NCBI GenBank assembly: GCA_907165135.1 | Contig: OU015566.1 | Span: forward strand, 10,478,001-10,542,000 | Reading direction: 5' to 3' | DNA length: 64,000 nt | DNA from: Oikopleura dioica | Taxonomy: Eukaryota; Animalia; Chordata | Shown here: positions 1-12,144 of the stretch, piece after piece | Layout of the letters: every line of letters begins with the position of its first letter | How positions within the stretch are numbered: the first letter of the stretch is position 1 | The notes under the pieces: model-generated | The model's input: the letters and a program-made list of their open reading frames with translations, nothing else | The model's database searches: none | Told to the model about the DNA's origin: nothing | Made by a program: the position numbers and the translations under genes

Positions 1-1845
1 CTGGGTCCACCTTTGTTGTTGTGATACTGGGGCTTCTTTCTTTTGGTACCGACGCTTTTCTTGCGTTTTCGTTTTTGGAGAACTTGACTGGGATTTTAAC
101 CATACTGTGAGAATGTTAAAGAACGTATGTTAAAGATTCTTGTGCGAGTCGCTTTTTGAAAGGCGATTATTATCGTATTGTTCTTAAAGAATTTAAGCCA
201 CCACGTAAATGTCTGCCGAAAATCTGACTGCGGCTGGTAAAATCCCTTCTTTGGCATAAGTTTCGCTCTTTTTGTTGAGTTCCTTAAAACGCGTAAATTG
301 GATGAGAGATGAAACGCAGCCGCAGACCCAACCTTGCGGAGGAATAATCCGACGACGAACGTGATCGCAGATGGTATGATCAGCGCTAGAATATAATAGC
401 AGAATAGGCCCCATTGGTTTACATGGCTTTTTCGAGGGATCAAGAAGGCTCTTATTGCCGCTTTTATTGAAAATCGTAGTAATGACTCTCCCCTGAATGG
501 GAGCAAGATCGATTACTAGGGCCCTTAGTCTAGCGGTCATTTATATAAACAAATTATGTTGATTATTATGGGAGGTGCTCAAGAGTTGCTCTTGATCCCC
601 TAAGTAAGAATAAGATGTCCATTAGAAATCGTGGCATTGTGATAACAATATCCTGAAAAGGACTCAATAATTGATTCCTGAAGAAAAAAGATTAACGGTT
701 TTTCTGGCATAAATATCAATCTTCCCTCGTATTGATAAAAGTCATAAATAGCAGCTGCCAAAAGAGTGATTCCAGCGATGCAAATACTCCACCCAACTTT
801 GTGTCAAGTAATAACATTGGTGCATTGAATTATTAATGTTCGACAAAAGCAGAGAAACCTTCAACTAACTCAGTTCGAAAGACTCGAAAAAATTTCTACA
901 GACATGACAAAATTATCAATAATTGAGATTCATGTTTAACCCCTTGTATAACAAGGATCGTAGGTCAACAGTGAGCTTTATCAACAAAGTAATAGTACTA
1001 TTACTGTAATACTCTTCCTATAAGAAAAGAGTGAGTCAACGTTCTGGAGCTGTGGAACTTCTTTATTCCAAAAGTGATGGGATGTTTGATTATCTTAAAT
1101 TTCGACTGGAGTTTTCTTCTGAACGAATTTTCTATTTTATTTACCTTGTACTTTACAGCGACGATAACAGTCGGCATGTAAGTGGCAGTCCGAGGGGATA
1201 GAAATTCTAATCTTTCGATTTCGGTACTCAATCCTTTTATCCCTTCCTATAGGTAAACAAACGTACTGTAATGTCATTGCGCAAATGCATTCGTAGACGG
1301 AAATGTTTTGCCTGAATCATAAATAAAGAAACGTGGAAGTAAAGTTTTTAAGACATAAAATTGGCTAAACGGGAAGGGGCATGTTTTCAGGCAATTTTGA
1401 ATATCCGAACAACTCCTTTACCATGTTTACGCCCAAAACAAAGCGGTCACAAAAGAATGTTATAGTTATTTTTCGACCTAAATTCTTTCCACACTCAAAA
1501 ATTTTAAGAATATAAAAATAGAAACAGCATGAGCTGTACTTCATGAAATTCTTTAGAAAGAGCACTTGAAAACCTGAGAACGAAGCGCCACATAAAAACA
1601 GGAATCGGGTAAAGAACAAGAATTAAATTCGCCAAGCTAACAAATAAAATGTAAATCCACCCTGGACCAATATCTCTCCTGACTTTTCTGAGGTTCTAAA
1701 CTTTTCACTTTTATGCTGATAAAACTCCTCTTAGAACCAATCATTTAGTGCCGATAAAAATAATATAACTGTTTAAAAACGCTGCAGCGAATTCAATCAT
1801 CATCAGAACGGTCAATCCGAAGGGATAGGTCTCCATTTCTCTCAT
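1..1845 (-). CDS. Multi-exon predicted membrane protein, 3' end runs off the window; possibly a very divergent 7TM receptor
   Basis: Short GT-AG-bounded exons encode hydrophobic stretches (IYILFVSLANLILVLYPIPVFMW; WSICIAGITLLAAAIYDF) plus motifs FFCDRF and MGPILLLY. The ORF at 193-540 is part of it. The full exon chain could not be resolved. Confidence 0.35.
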
Positions 1846-2039
1846 TTTTATATGTTTTAGTTGACTGTTAAAAATCTCGATTTTGAATAACTGTTCAACT
1901 TAGCATTTTGTCTAGTAAAAAGAAAAATGAAATGACAGATGTCTGGCACTTGTGACACATTATGCTGCTCTAAGAAGATCCTTGATAATGTTTCATTTTA
2001 CTGTCACTTTTGTGCGACCTGTAATAATCATTTTGTTTT

Positions 2040-3400
2040 CTAAAATTCGTTCCGGCTGCGAGGATCTGTTGCGGTAAACCTCTGCCCTGTTGACTTTGCT
2101 TGACAAATCCACCTCTTATCATTTATAGAACACGACCGCAGTGAAAATAGTGCCACAACCGTCTTAACTGACGTCGTCTTTTTTTACTTTTCAATATTTT
2201 CAAGAATCACGATCATTGATCTTTTCATAGCAATCAAATCAAAAATCGTCCTTTTTCAAAACTCGTAATCTTCATTATCCGAAGCCCAAAACTCGCTTTT
2301 CAACCCCGCTGAATGCGAATTGAGGATCAAGAGGCCACGACTTGGCTTACCATTTACTCGCCCAACATGCTACTTATTCTAGAGCAGCGCTTTTCTGAAT
2401 AACCGCGAAGGCCTCAGTGATTTTTACCAATGAACTGAGTACTCAGCTATGCATAGCGGGGATTCTTAACAGAGGCAAGGACTTCCGCTAGTAAATACTG
2501 GACAAACACTTCTGATAAATTGCACTTGACTGCATTTAGAGGGCTAGAAGAGTAGCTCATTTTCACTAAAAATCAAGCAAAAACGAAAGTTCAACATTTC
2601 AACGATATTTTAGAAAGTTTTTGACTCGAAAATTTTTCTTTATCCGGGGAAGTTCTACACTGTAGAATCTACAGCCTTCCTGCTCCTTATCCGGTTTTGA
2701 TAAGAAAAGCCGATCATTACTAGCCAACTCTTTACTTATTTGTAGAGCGATATACATTGAAGTCAATTTGACATGTCTTGGCCCTGTTATTACAAGTCAC
2801 CCCGGCGCATTCTTCTTTCTTCGCCGCAACAAGTGCTCCGCGCAAACCCCGGCGCAGTGTCTCACAAAAATTACTTTTTTTCATGAAAGCGCGTTGGCGC
2901 CCCCATCGCGTGCGCGCCCTTTTCAACCCATTTTTGCTTTCTCTTATCTTTTTTAAGCTTTGAGAAACGAATCCTAAAAAGAAATTTAAGCCATTATTTT
3001 CGATTTTATACAGAGAAAGATTCTGAATAAATATTATACAGAAGACAAAAAGAGATTGAAAGAAGAAAATGAAGAAGCTTTTGTTATCCTTACTGGGAAT
3101 AGAAAGTATATGTGGCTACTCGATGCACGACCTGAACAATAATGAAAACACGTGGGAGATTGCAGGTGAGCTAACGGGTTGATTTTACCCACGTGGGTAC
3201 AGAAAAAGATGCGTTTTGTCAAGGGTAAGGTCAAAGTCGGGCAGGGAATTAATTTTAAGAAACGGGAAGTGATGAGAGTCGCCCAAAAATAATAGCATAA
3301 AAAGTAAGGTTTTTGAATTAAAATACGAATTTTCAACGCTTGAAAATATCTCTAATGAACATTTTGAGAAATTAAGGTAGTTTTTGGAGTGCATGTTGAA
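2040..3400 (-). CDS. Possible uncharacterised Cys-containing multi-exon gene
   Basis: Coding-like open stretches (SPTCFHYCSG; CETLRRGLRGALVAAKKEECAGVTCNNRAKTCQIDF) separated by AT-rich intron-like gaps. No family recognised. Confidence 0.25.
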
Positions 3401-4225
3401 GAATCTTGATCATCGAAAATTATTTCCTATATTGACATTTTATCATCTTTCTTTTAAAAATTTTAGACCACGTGGTTTAACATCATATTTCTAAACGCTT
3501 TTGACCCGTCATTTTGGGTTCCTTCATTATCCGCTTACACTTCGTGTTCAAAACAACACTCTTTCTGTAAAATCTCCTGATAATATAAACAGAAAAATGG
3601 ACTTTTCTAACATGTTGCGAGCGTAGCAGAAACACGTGCTTCTTGATTTTTGAGCGATACAAAATTACTAGCAGTAACTGAGGTACAAATTTAATTTTTC
3701 AATATTATTGCGCGCGGGATGCGAAAGTTTTCAAAATAGGATGCTGCGATTTTGCCACGTGTGAGCGGCGTTTAATAGAGTTGATAGGTACTTATCTCGC
3801 AATTTAAAAATTTAAAATTTTCAAAAGAACCAAAAGCTGAAACGTGGCTTGTCTGACGAAGATCCCCTAAAGACCCTGGGACCGAGCGAGCATTATGAGT
3901 ATAACAGTCGGATTAAGGGTGTACCCCTGTCATGTTCGTTGCATCTGGCTCATGATTTTCTACTGTATATTGTTCGCAATCTAAACAAATGGTTAAGGGT
4001 GTCACAGCCAACCGATTCGCGCAGAAACGAACGAAAAATTTATCGTCACAAGTGGATTTCCAAATATTTACTCGCAAAGGATGGATTGCACATGGAAGTA
4101 AGTAGAGGCTGATTTCTAGCGCATTTTATATCTTGTGTGAGCATACCTCTAAACTTATCTTTTTTTAAACAAACTATCTCTCTCTTGAATATTTGGTATT
4201 TATTCAAGCGAAAGTGCTGGGAAAA

Positions 4226-4600
4226 TTATTTTCTTCGATTACTTATATAACTTCTCAGAATCTGAGACTCAGATTTAATGTTTGAATCAAAACCGTAAAG
4301 TGTCAAAAATTCAGAAAGATTGCATGTTTCACGTGCCCTCTGACACGATTTTGACAAGCTCCAAATCTCGTTTATCGAATTTTCCGCGTTTTGAAATTTC
4401 TTTTCTTTCATGAAAAAATCCATTTCCTTATCATTTCTCAAAAGTTTTGTTAACAGACACTCGTCTACCATGAATTCAATAACCCTAAAGCTGGCGGACT
4501 GTTTTGACTTCAAGTCACAATAAAAGTTACGAAGGCCCTACGAGCTTGTAACGAGCGGAAAGCCGCTATCTCCTGCCGCGTCTTATCACTTTCGGAAATC
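4226..4600 (-). CDS. Possible uncharacterised protein (two visible exons)
   Basis: KISESDKTRQEIAAFRSLQARRAF joins in frame through a 32-nt GT-AG intron to SASFRVIEFMVDECLL...SNRRK*. Confidence 0.3.
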
Positions 4601-4701
4601 TTGCTAACTTATTTAACTATTGCCTTACGGTCGCACTGAAATTTTAGAAAGCTTTCTAGCATCTTAAAAGTTCGATAAGATCACTAACTCCTCCTTTTCA
4701 G

Positions 4702-5032
4702 AATCCAAACTAAGCCAGGCCAGAAGATCGAAATCACCTTTCCCCATTTCCAAGTCGACTTTTGTCAAGCAGCTGGTGTTTCAGTCTACGACGGCCAAAA
4801 ACTCGAAAGCAAAAAGGTCGACACGTACTGCGGGATTGACAATCCTGATACATTCACTTCCTCGGGCAACGAGGTCCAGATTCAGGTCGGTATCCTCAAG
4901 CATAAAGCGGAAGAGGCAGTTTACTGTTTCTCGTAATTTTAGACCAGTTACAAGAGATTCGTTATGATATATCCAACTGGTGACACGAAAACGTGGGGTC
5001 TTCGACCCTAAACACACCATGTTTTTGCATTA
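4702..5032 (+). CDS. CUB-domain protein, last two exons (upstream exons unresolved)
   Basis: IQTKPGQKIEITFPHFQVDFCQAAGVSVYDG...DTYCGIDNPDTFTSSGNEVQIQ matches the CUB consensus (I.L.F..F....C....VYDG....YCG...P....SSGN). A GT-AG intron leads to a terminal exon ending TAG at 5032. Confidence 0.75.
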
Positions 5033-5217
5033 GATTGCATCCTAAACACGAGTTCTTTTTAATGACGCAAGACAGAAAGCTTTGGCATAATAAATGAGAT
5101 TAATCTAGCTAAATTTCTCTAAAACGTGAGATGAATCAATTTATAATCATCACTCTAAAATAATTACTCTAGGCTTATCAACAACAGTCAAACAACCCCG
5201 GAAACGGAATCTACTTG

Positions 5218-5979
5218 ATGATCGGCTATCGAATCGCCCCAGAAGCACCTCGAACGCCGCCTCCGTCTCAAGTTCAGCAGATGATGATGCCTGGTCTCAA
5301 CCCCGGCCTCAATCAGAACCAGATTCTTATGGCTTACGGGGGAGCTGCTTTTCCCCAACAAGCTTACGGGCTTCAGCCAGTTGGGCTCGCAGGTGGTTAT
5401 CAAATTATTGGCCGAGCTACTACTCCTCCACCACCGCCACCTCCTCAACCAAGAACACCAGGAATGGGTACCAAAATGCTCTAAAAAGTTCATTTCTGAA
5501 CTTATTTGCCGAAAATTATGCTGAACCCATCAAAGCCCCAAAACGAGCTCCAAAGAAAAAGGCGCCTCCAAAGAAGAAGAAGCCGTCAGCTAAAGGAGAC
5601 TACATCAAAGCTGGAATTCAAAGAAATCTTGCTGGTAAATTCACTCAAACATTATTTTGCTAAATATTTCTTTTAGCTGAAGCTCGCGCCCGAGAAGCCG
5701 AACTCGAAAAAGAACGCGAAATCAAAGCCAAGGTAAGCTCGAGTGCATAGTTCGTTCTCTCAAAGTTTTCTTTAGGCCAACAAGGTTCTGAAGAAAAGGC
5801 TTGTCTTCTTGATCATCGGTCTGGTCATCGTTACAATCGGAAACGTGTGGTTCATTCTTCACAGAAGAAAGATCGCGCTCGAAAAAGAAGCGGAAAAACT
5901 GGGCGAGAAGAAGGGTGGCCTTTCTAGCGACAGTTGTAAAAGTGACGAGCCGATTTACTCTTCGCTGGATCAGATCTGA
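5218..5979 (+). CDS. Low-complexity (Pro/Gln-rich, Lys-rich) single-pass membrane protein; may be one gene or two
   Basis: ORF 5215-5484 is P/Q/G-rich. It is followed by exons PKKKAPPKKKKPSAK..., AEARAREAELEKEREIKAK and KRLVFLIIGLVIVTIGNVWFILHRRK...*, linked by GT-AG introns. The join between the first two blocks is unresolved. Confidence 0.5.
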
Positions 5980-6208
5980 TCCCTTTTGACCCCGCCCGAA
6001 CTCTTCACCTCAAACTGCCAAATAACTCAAGATACTGTAAATTATTTTATAAAAAAGTCGCTATTTATAAGTTAAAAATAGCAGTGCTACTGTAAGATTT
6101 TGACTGTACAAAGTGACAACTGATGAGCTGTTCTAAAAAGACTGTAAATATAGATTATTTATTCATTCAAGAAGAAATAGTTTTTGTTTTATTCGTCAGG
6201 TCAGGTTG

Positions 6209-7000
6209 TTACATCAGGTTGAAAGTCACCATCGTCATCATCCCATGGTCGGATTCCAGGAAGTCCTTCAGCGCGATCTCATCACCAGCGGCAAAAATCT
6301 TATAATTACACGCCGAGCTATTGTCACGTTACTGTACCTGTTCTAAGACAGAGTCAAGCTCGGCTTGATCAGAAGCTTCTGGCAGATTTCCTGTGCGTCT
6401 TTACCCGGATCAAATTTGAAATGTGAAAACAACAACGACTACCGTTCGAAACTTATTGTCGATAATGAGGATTTATAGATCCGTCGTTGAGATGATGAAT
6501 AGCGAGAAATTGTTTCATCTCGATTCTTGAGAGCATTCCGTTGCCGTCTTTGTCGATGAGGCCGAAGAAAAGTTTGGCTTGAACTTCCATATCTAAAACC
6601 AACAGAGTTTTCAGCGCGCTTTCGACGACTAACCATCGGTTTCCATAAAGCCATACGCCTGAAGAACCTCGTCGAAAGCAACTTTTCCATCGCTATTGCC
6701 ATCGAAGAGGAACTGAAAGACTTTCGCCTCGACTTGATCAGCTCCGATCGACGCGATAAAATCCTTAGTCGGCACTGATAGATCATTTTCGTCGATTTTA
6801 CCCTCGAAAGTTTTCGAAAACTTTTGGAACTCCTTGTTGATCCACATTTTCTTGAAGCCAAGCTCGATGAATTTCTTTTGAAGCTCTTCTGGTGCCTGGG
6901 CTGATCGAAAAGGTTTGAAAAAGTTCACGAAATAAACTTTTTGCGTAGTACAAATTAAACCTTTCCTAAAGACATGTTCGGATGTGTCTTACTTGGACTC
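6209..7000 (-). CDS. EF-hand Ca2+-binding protein, NCS/calcineurin-B-like
   Basis: Canonical EF loops FDGNSDGKVAFDE and IDKDGNGMLSRIE. The terminal exon is IFAAGDEIALKDFLESD...FNLM*. The start codon is uncertain (about 6975-7130). Confidence 0.75.
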
Positions 7001-7257
7001 TGAGAATCTCTATCTGATTGCTATGCGCTAAGCGAGGCCGGCTAAATCCGCCTCGATGCAGTAAAATGGATCAGCACTTGCCCTTAGTACTTCCTGAGGT
7101 CGGATCCAAAATGACGATTTTCTAGATCGCCAAACTTTGTTTTGTACTGGAGTAGGGATTTACTCAGTTTGAAAAGAATTGAAAGGAATGCCAGTCAGTT
7201 CTTTTTTGATTCCCTCGCGGGATGGTATTAAAGAAGGAGCCCCAAAGATGCCAAGGA

Positions 7258-7784
7258 ATGGTTTATCAAAGTCAAAAGAGCAACGGGCTAAAGAATTAGC
7301 TTGGTAAACCTGAAAGTGCATTTTACTGGACGCAAAAAGACGTCGCTGCTTGGATCGAAAAGCTCGGCTACCCGCAATACAAGCTTAGTTCATAAAACCT
7401 CGATTCCAAAGACAATTCTTTGGACGAGATTTTAGAACTAATTAAGCCATGTTTAACTCTCAACAATATTGATGGACGAAAACTTGTCTTGGTTGAGGCA
7501 TCGACTTTGCCGAAAATCGGCATCCATGATTTCGAGCACATCAAGCGAATCTGCGCGGAAGTTCGGGAGTTGACGCGCTTGCCAATGCCAGATTGTCAGT
7601 TGTCGATTTCAAGGGAGAATTTGAGCACTGAGAATAAACTTTGGTACCAAAAGAGTCGATCCGGTAAGAATTTTCAAAGAAAACTTTTAATTCAAAGCTT
7701 TCAGGTCCAAAGGCGATCGCGCTTTCAATGAAAGACATAGAAGAGTACAACATCCGAAATGGAACGCATACTATTCCTAAGTAA
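7258..7784 (+). CDS. SAMD15: SAM-domain protein, SAMD15-like
   Basis: YWTQKDVAAWIEKLGYPQYK...PCLTLNNIDGRKLVLVEASTLPKIGIHDFEHIKRICAEVREL closely parallels SAMD15 (W..EDVA.WI..LGFPQYK.CF..N.I.GRKLI.V..S.LP..GI.DFE..K.I). Three short introns. Confidence 0.8.
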
Positions 7785-8456
7785 ACTGTTTCAACTTTAC
7801 AATCGCTATAAAAACTGTAAATAATTTAAATATTTTAAAAATCTGAAGCTTGTCTTAACCTTAAGGGGGTAGAAACAGCTTTCTCGATTTTGGACTGTAG
7901 CTACATAAAAGAAAACATAAGATTTATTTATGTGAACGGAAATTCCTCATAAATGCTCCTAGAAAAGGGGTCGAGGTTCACAAAACTGTGAATAAAATTT
8001 GTTTAACTATCAGGTGACTCGAGATATTCGTGTTTGAAAACTGGCGAAAATCGAGAATTTCGGAGAGATGAATTGCTTCTGAGCCCGCTTACTCAAATAA
8101 TTGATGACTAAAACAACTTTCAAGGGAGATGTTCCTAGATCTAAGATGTATCTATCTAAAACTGAAGAGAAAATTTGAAAATGTAAGATTCTTTTGTCTG
8201 TAGCGCCGGTCAAAAATCGCCTTTTTCTGAAAAAAGCTGTTTCTACCCCCTTAAGCAAAAAATTGAGAACCTAATGGTGACTGCTTAATGGCAGCCGATT
8301 CGACTCGAAAAAGTTACTAAGAGCGCCTAGACAAATGAGGTTTTTTTCGTTGAGAGAAAATTGAGAGAGTCGCTATGAATGAATAACCTGTTTAACTGAA
8401 TAATATAAATATCAGTGAGTATTCTTAGTGCAAAACATTCGATTCAGATTCGAATA

Positions 8457-8958
8457 ATGAGCAGCCAACAGAACAGCCAAGAAAAAACTTTGTCAGATCT
8501 TGGGTGGTCTGAAAAAAGTTCCCAAGATCAAAGGGACTCGTTGGCTAATTGCAGAGAGAAAATGCACTTTTCAAGAAGGTATCGACAGCTTCATGACACG
8601 ATTGCAAGCGAGGTAAGCTTATTGAAAGTGATAAAAAGGAATTAAACTTTTATTTAGCGGCTTTTCATGCTCAACAAAGCTTTTGATCGCAGTTCCATCT
8701 TCGACACTGTCGCGAGAACACAACTTTGTCAAAGAATGGACGATGTTTATGACTCTCTTGGGCTTACAGGAGGTCCATCTGGTAGAAAATGATAACCTTG
8801 TTTCTTTTTAAAAAAAATTAGGTCCTAAGGCGATCGCATTCCCGATGACAACCCTTGAAGAGGGACGGCCTGACGTAGGGCAACTACAAGTGAAGGGGCA
8901 AAACAATATCCGAAGCGAAACTTACAAGAAAGAGAATCACAGTGACTCGACGAAATAA
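8457..8958 (+). CDS. Small uncharacterised protein (3 exons)
   Basis: MSSQQNSQEK...DTIASE|RLFMLNKAFD...GGPS|GPKAIAFPM...DSTK* with two in-frame GT-AG introns. Confidence 0.6.
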
Positions 8959-9229
8959 ACTGATTCGTTGATCTTCGTTTTGGAAGAGGAAAGCAATGAG
9001 TTTGCTTTATCAGCAGCTCATTCTCTTCTTCATCCGATTAACCCTTTAGGCGAACGTGGCGTTTTAAGGATATACGGTATATCATATACCCGATAAAATT
9101 AAACTTTCATAGCGCCTAAATACGAAGTCTGATCATTTTTATTTCAAAAGCAATCCTACTTAAAATTGTGCGTTAAATCTAATTCTGGTACTTTTTTAGA
9201 AATTTTCATAAGAATTTTCCTCTTTAGAG

Positions 9230-10176
9230 CAGAGTTGCAAATTTTGTGAGCTAGCTGAGCTGAGCTATCTGAGCTAGCTGAGCTACAGCTCAGCTCAGCT
9301 CAGCTCAGCAATTTTGAGGTGAGGGTCAGCTCAGCTCAGCTCAGCTCAATGGTTCTTCGAAAAGAGCTAGCTCAGCTCAGCTAGCTCAATTTTGACCTCA
9401 GCTCAGCTAGCTCAGCTCAGCTCAGTCTATTGAGCTGACAAAGATCGAACCACTTTTGATTGGTCTTTTTTTCAAAAACTTCGACGTATTTTCTATTCAT
9501 GCTTTCCTGTTGGTCAATTATATTTAGAAATAATTCGAGTTTTCTTTGAAACAAGAGAGAAATTAAATAAAAAAGGGCTTCCAATAAAAAAATAATAAAG
9601 TACAGATGGTAAATATGTGATTGCGAATGTGAGAGACTGGTCTAGGGGTGTGCGAGGGCAGGGGCTCCCTGTCCATCTACGCTAGAAGGTTGAAACATTG
9701 GCTCATCCACATAAATGATACCACTGTATAATATTTTGGAGGATTCCTTATTGTTAAATGACAGAATAAATTTTTTTATGTCAAAAAAGTGCGATGTTGC
9801 GAGTGAGATGCTGGTCTAGGGGTGTGTGAGGGCAGGGGCCCTTGTCCATCTACTCAAGAAGGTTGAAATTCGCTCCAACACATTTTTTTGACATTTTTTG
9901 CAGTAAATATAAATCAGCTTTCTCCGCTCAGCTCAGCTAGCTCAGCTCAGCTCAGCTAGCTCAGCATAAAAAATGGTCAGCTCAGCTCAGCTAGCTCAGT
10001 TTGAGAGATCGTCAGCTCAGCTCAGCTCAGCTCAAAAATTTTCAAATATGCCCCAGCTCAGCTCAGCTCAGCTCAGTTGTTTTTTATGAGGAGCCAGCTC
10101 AGCTCAGCTCAGCTCAGTTTCAACCTCAGCTCAGCTAGCTCAGCTCAGAAAAAAATTTCAAAAATTTGCAACTCTG
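9230..10176. mobile_element. hAT-like MITE with (AGCTC)n subterminal arrays
   Basis: TIR CAGAGTTGCAAATTTT / AAAATTTGCAACTCTG; exact 8-bp TSD CTTTAGAG at 9222-29 and 10177-84. Confidence 0.9.
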
Positions 10177-11185
10177 CTTTAGAGCGATTTGAAAACGAAC
10201 TCTCTCGATTTCTCGAAATTTTTCCACTAAATCGCTAAAATTGAACCGTATTCTGTATTGCAATTATGCTAAGCTACAGAATTGATGGGATCAAATTCTT
10301 AAACTCGATCGAATTTTCATTCTAGTGTTCTCTTCTTTTATACCCTTGTTTTTCCTCTCTGCGCATTTTTTCGCGTTCTACCAATCAGAGCGGTGCGCTC
10401 GACCACGCACTTTCTCTCGGAAAAGAGGACTCGAGTGAGCGAGCTCCTAGCGCGCCGCTTTGTAGAGCTTTTACGCGCTGAGTAGCCCTCAATGAAATGG
10501 CTCTAGAATCGGTTTTCTTCGGAATTAACGAAAAGTAAACCATCAAAATTATAGATAAAGGTCTAAAGAACTTATCTATCGAAAAATCTCGACCGATTTA
10601 GTCCAAAAATTTCGAGAAATCGAGAGAGTAAGATTTTAAATCGCTCTAAAAAGAAAAATTTAAATGAGAAAATTTAAATAAGTACCAAATTTGAGTTCTA
10701 CGTGCATTTTAACGTAGAATTGCTTTTGAAATATAAATGATCCCACGTCGCATTTCGACACTATGAAAGTTCAATTTTATCGGGTATATCCTTAAAACGC
10801 CACGGGATCTTTGGCGGACCATTTCTCTCTGAATTTCCGGATGAATTGATAAAATTTTTACTTTTCTGAAAAATTCGGACATTTTTCTACATAATGGTCG
10901 CTTCAAAATAAAATTATCGCAAGAAAAACTTCTTCAAAAATCAAAAAGAAAAAGTCCGATTCGCCAAAAATAGGCTTACTCACGCGCTTTTCCCTTCAGA
11001 AAGGGAAAGGAGAGGGAGAGCGCGCTGCGATTCCCTGTTTTTCGGTCTAACTTTGCTGATCATTTACAGATATTTAGGATTTATGAATAGAGATAAAATT
11101 TACATTTTTAGACAGCCCAAACGATTTTCTAAGTATCAGTCATTTTAGAATCAGAGAAATTTACAAAGAAATACTTGAAAATAGG

Positions 11186-12144
11186 TAGGGGAAATCACTA
11201 ATATTTCGACTTTTTTCTGAGCTTAGTAGGGTGGGCATATTATACAGTTTTTATATTATTACAGGAGCTGGAGATCATTTTGACTATTGATATTGGGGGG
11301 TGATTTCGTACCCTGAGGGCATTTAGGTACCTCTGAAGTCCCGAAATCTGGCCAATTTCGGAAATCCGGCTCGGAATCTCGCCAGAACGGGTCATTTGAT
11401 CGCGCGGCTTAGCTAGAATTGTAGCTAAGGCTCTGACGGTCATTTTGAGGGGTAGCTTAGTACTGATTACCCCCATTCCAGAGCCGCCAGAGGGCCTAGA
11501 AGGTTGGGGTCCCGACCGAAAATCTGGTAAATATGCTCCCCTTCTTGATTACTTCCCAAAAACGGCAATATTGCGACTGTATCTGCATCACTTCTGACCT
11601 TAGAACAAGTTGGGGTCACCTGGGGTCACTTGGGGTCAAGTTTGTCTTACAAAGTTCGAATATCTATCTTTCAAGAAAAAAATTTCCAAACTTGACCCCA
11701 AGTGACCCCAGATGACCCCAATTCGATTTTAGGTCAGTAGTGATGCAGATACAGTCGCAATATTACTGTATGAATGATGAAATCAAGAAAGAGAGCATTT
11801 TTGCCAGAATTTCGGTCGGGACCCCCACCTTCTAGGCCCTCTAGCGCCTCTGGAATGGGGGGTAATCAGTACTAAACTACCCCTCAAAATGACTGTCAGA
11901 GCCTGGGCTACGATTCTAGCTAAGCCGCGCGATCAAATGACCCGTTCTGGCGAGATTCCGAGCCGGATTTCCGAAATTGGCCAGATTTCGGGACTTCAGA
12001 GGTACCTAAATGCCCTCAGGGTATGAAATCACCCCCCACTATCAATAGTCAAAATGATCCTCAGCTCTTAAGCTTTCTGAATCTGTATTATATGCCCACC
12101 CTACGAAGCTAGAAAAAAAGCTCAATTATTAGTGATTTCCCCTA
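11186..12144. mobile_element. Foldback (almost fully palindromic) hAT-like MITE
   Basis: TIR TAGGGGAAATCACTAATA; 8-bp TSD AAAATAGG at 11178-85 and 12145-52. The arms of about 450 bp are reverse complements nearly to the centre. Confidence 0.9.

Noticed and set aside
9250-10150. Regular short repeats (AGCTC; also AGGCG at 41300-41540 and GCCCAAG at 52470-53610) as CRISPR-like arrays
   Set aside because: No unique spacers, eukaryotic context, and all lie within TIR/TSD-bounded transposons.
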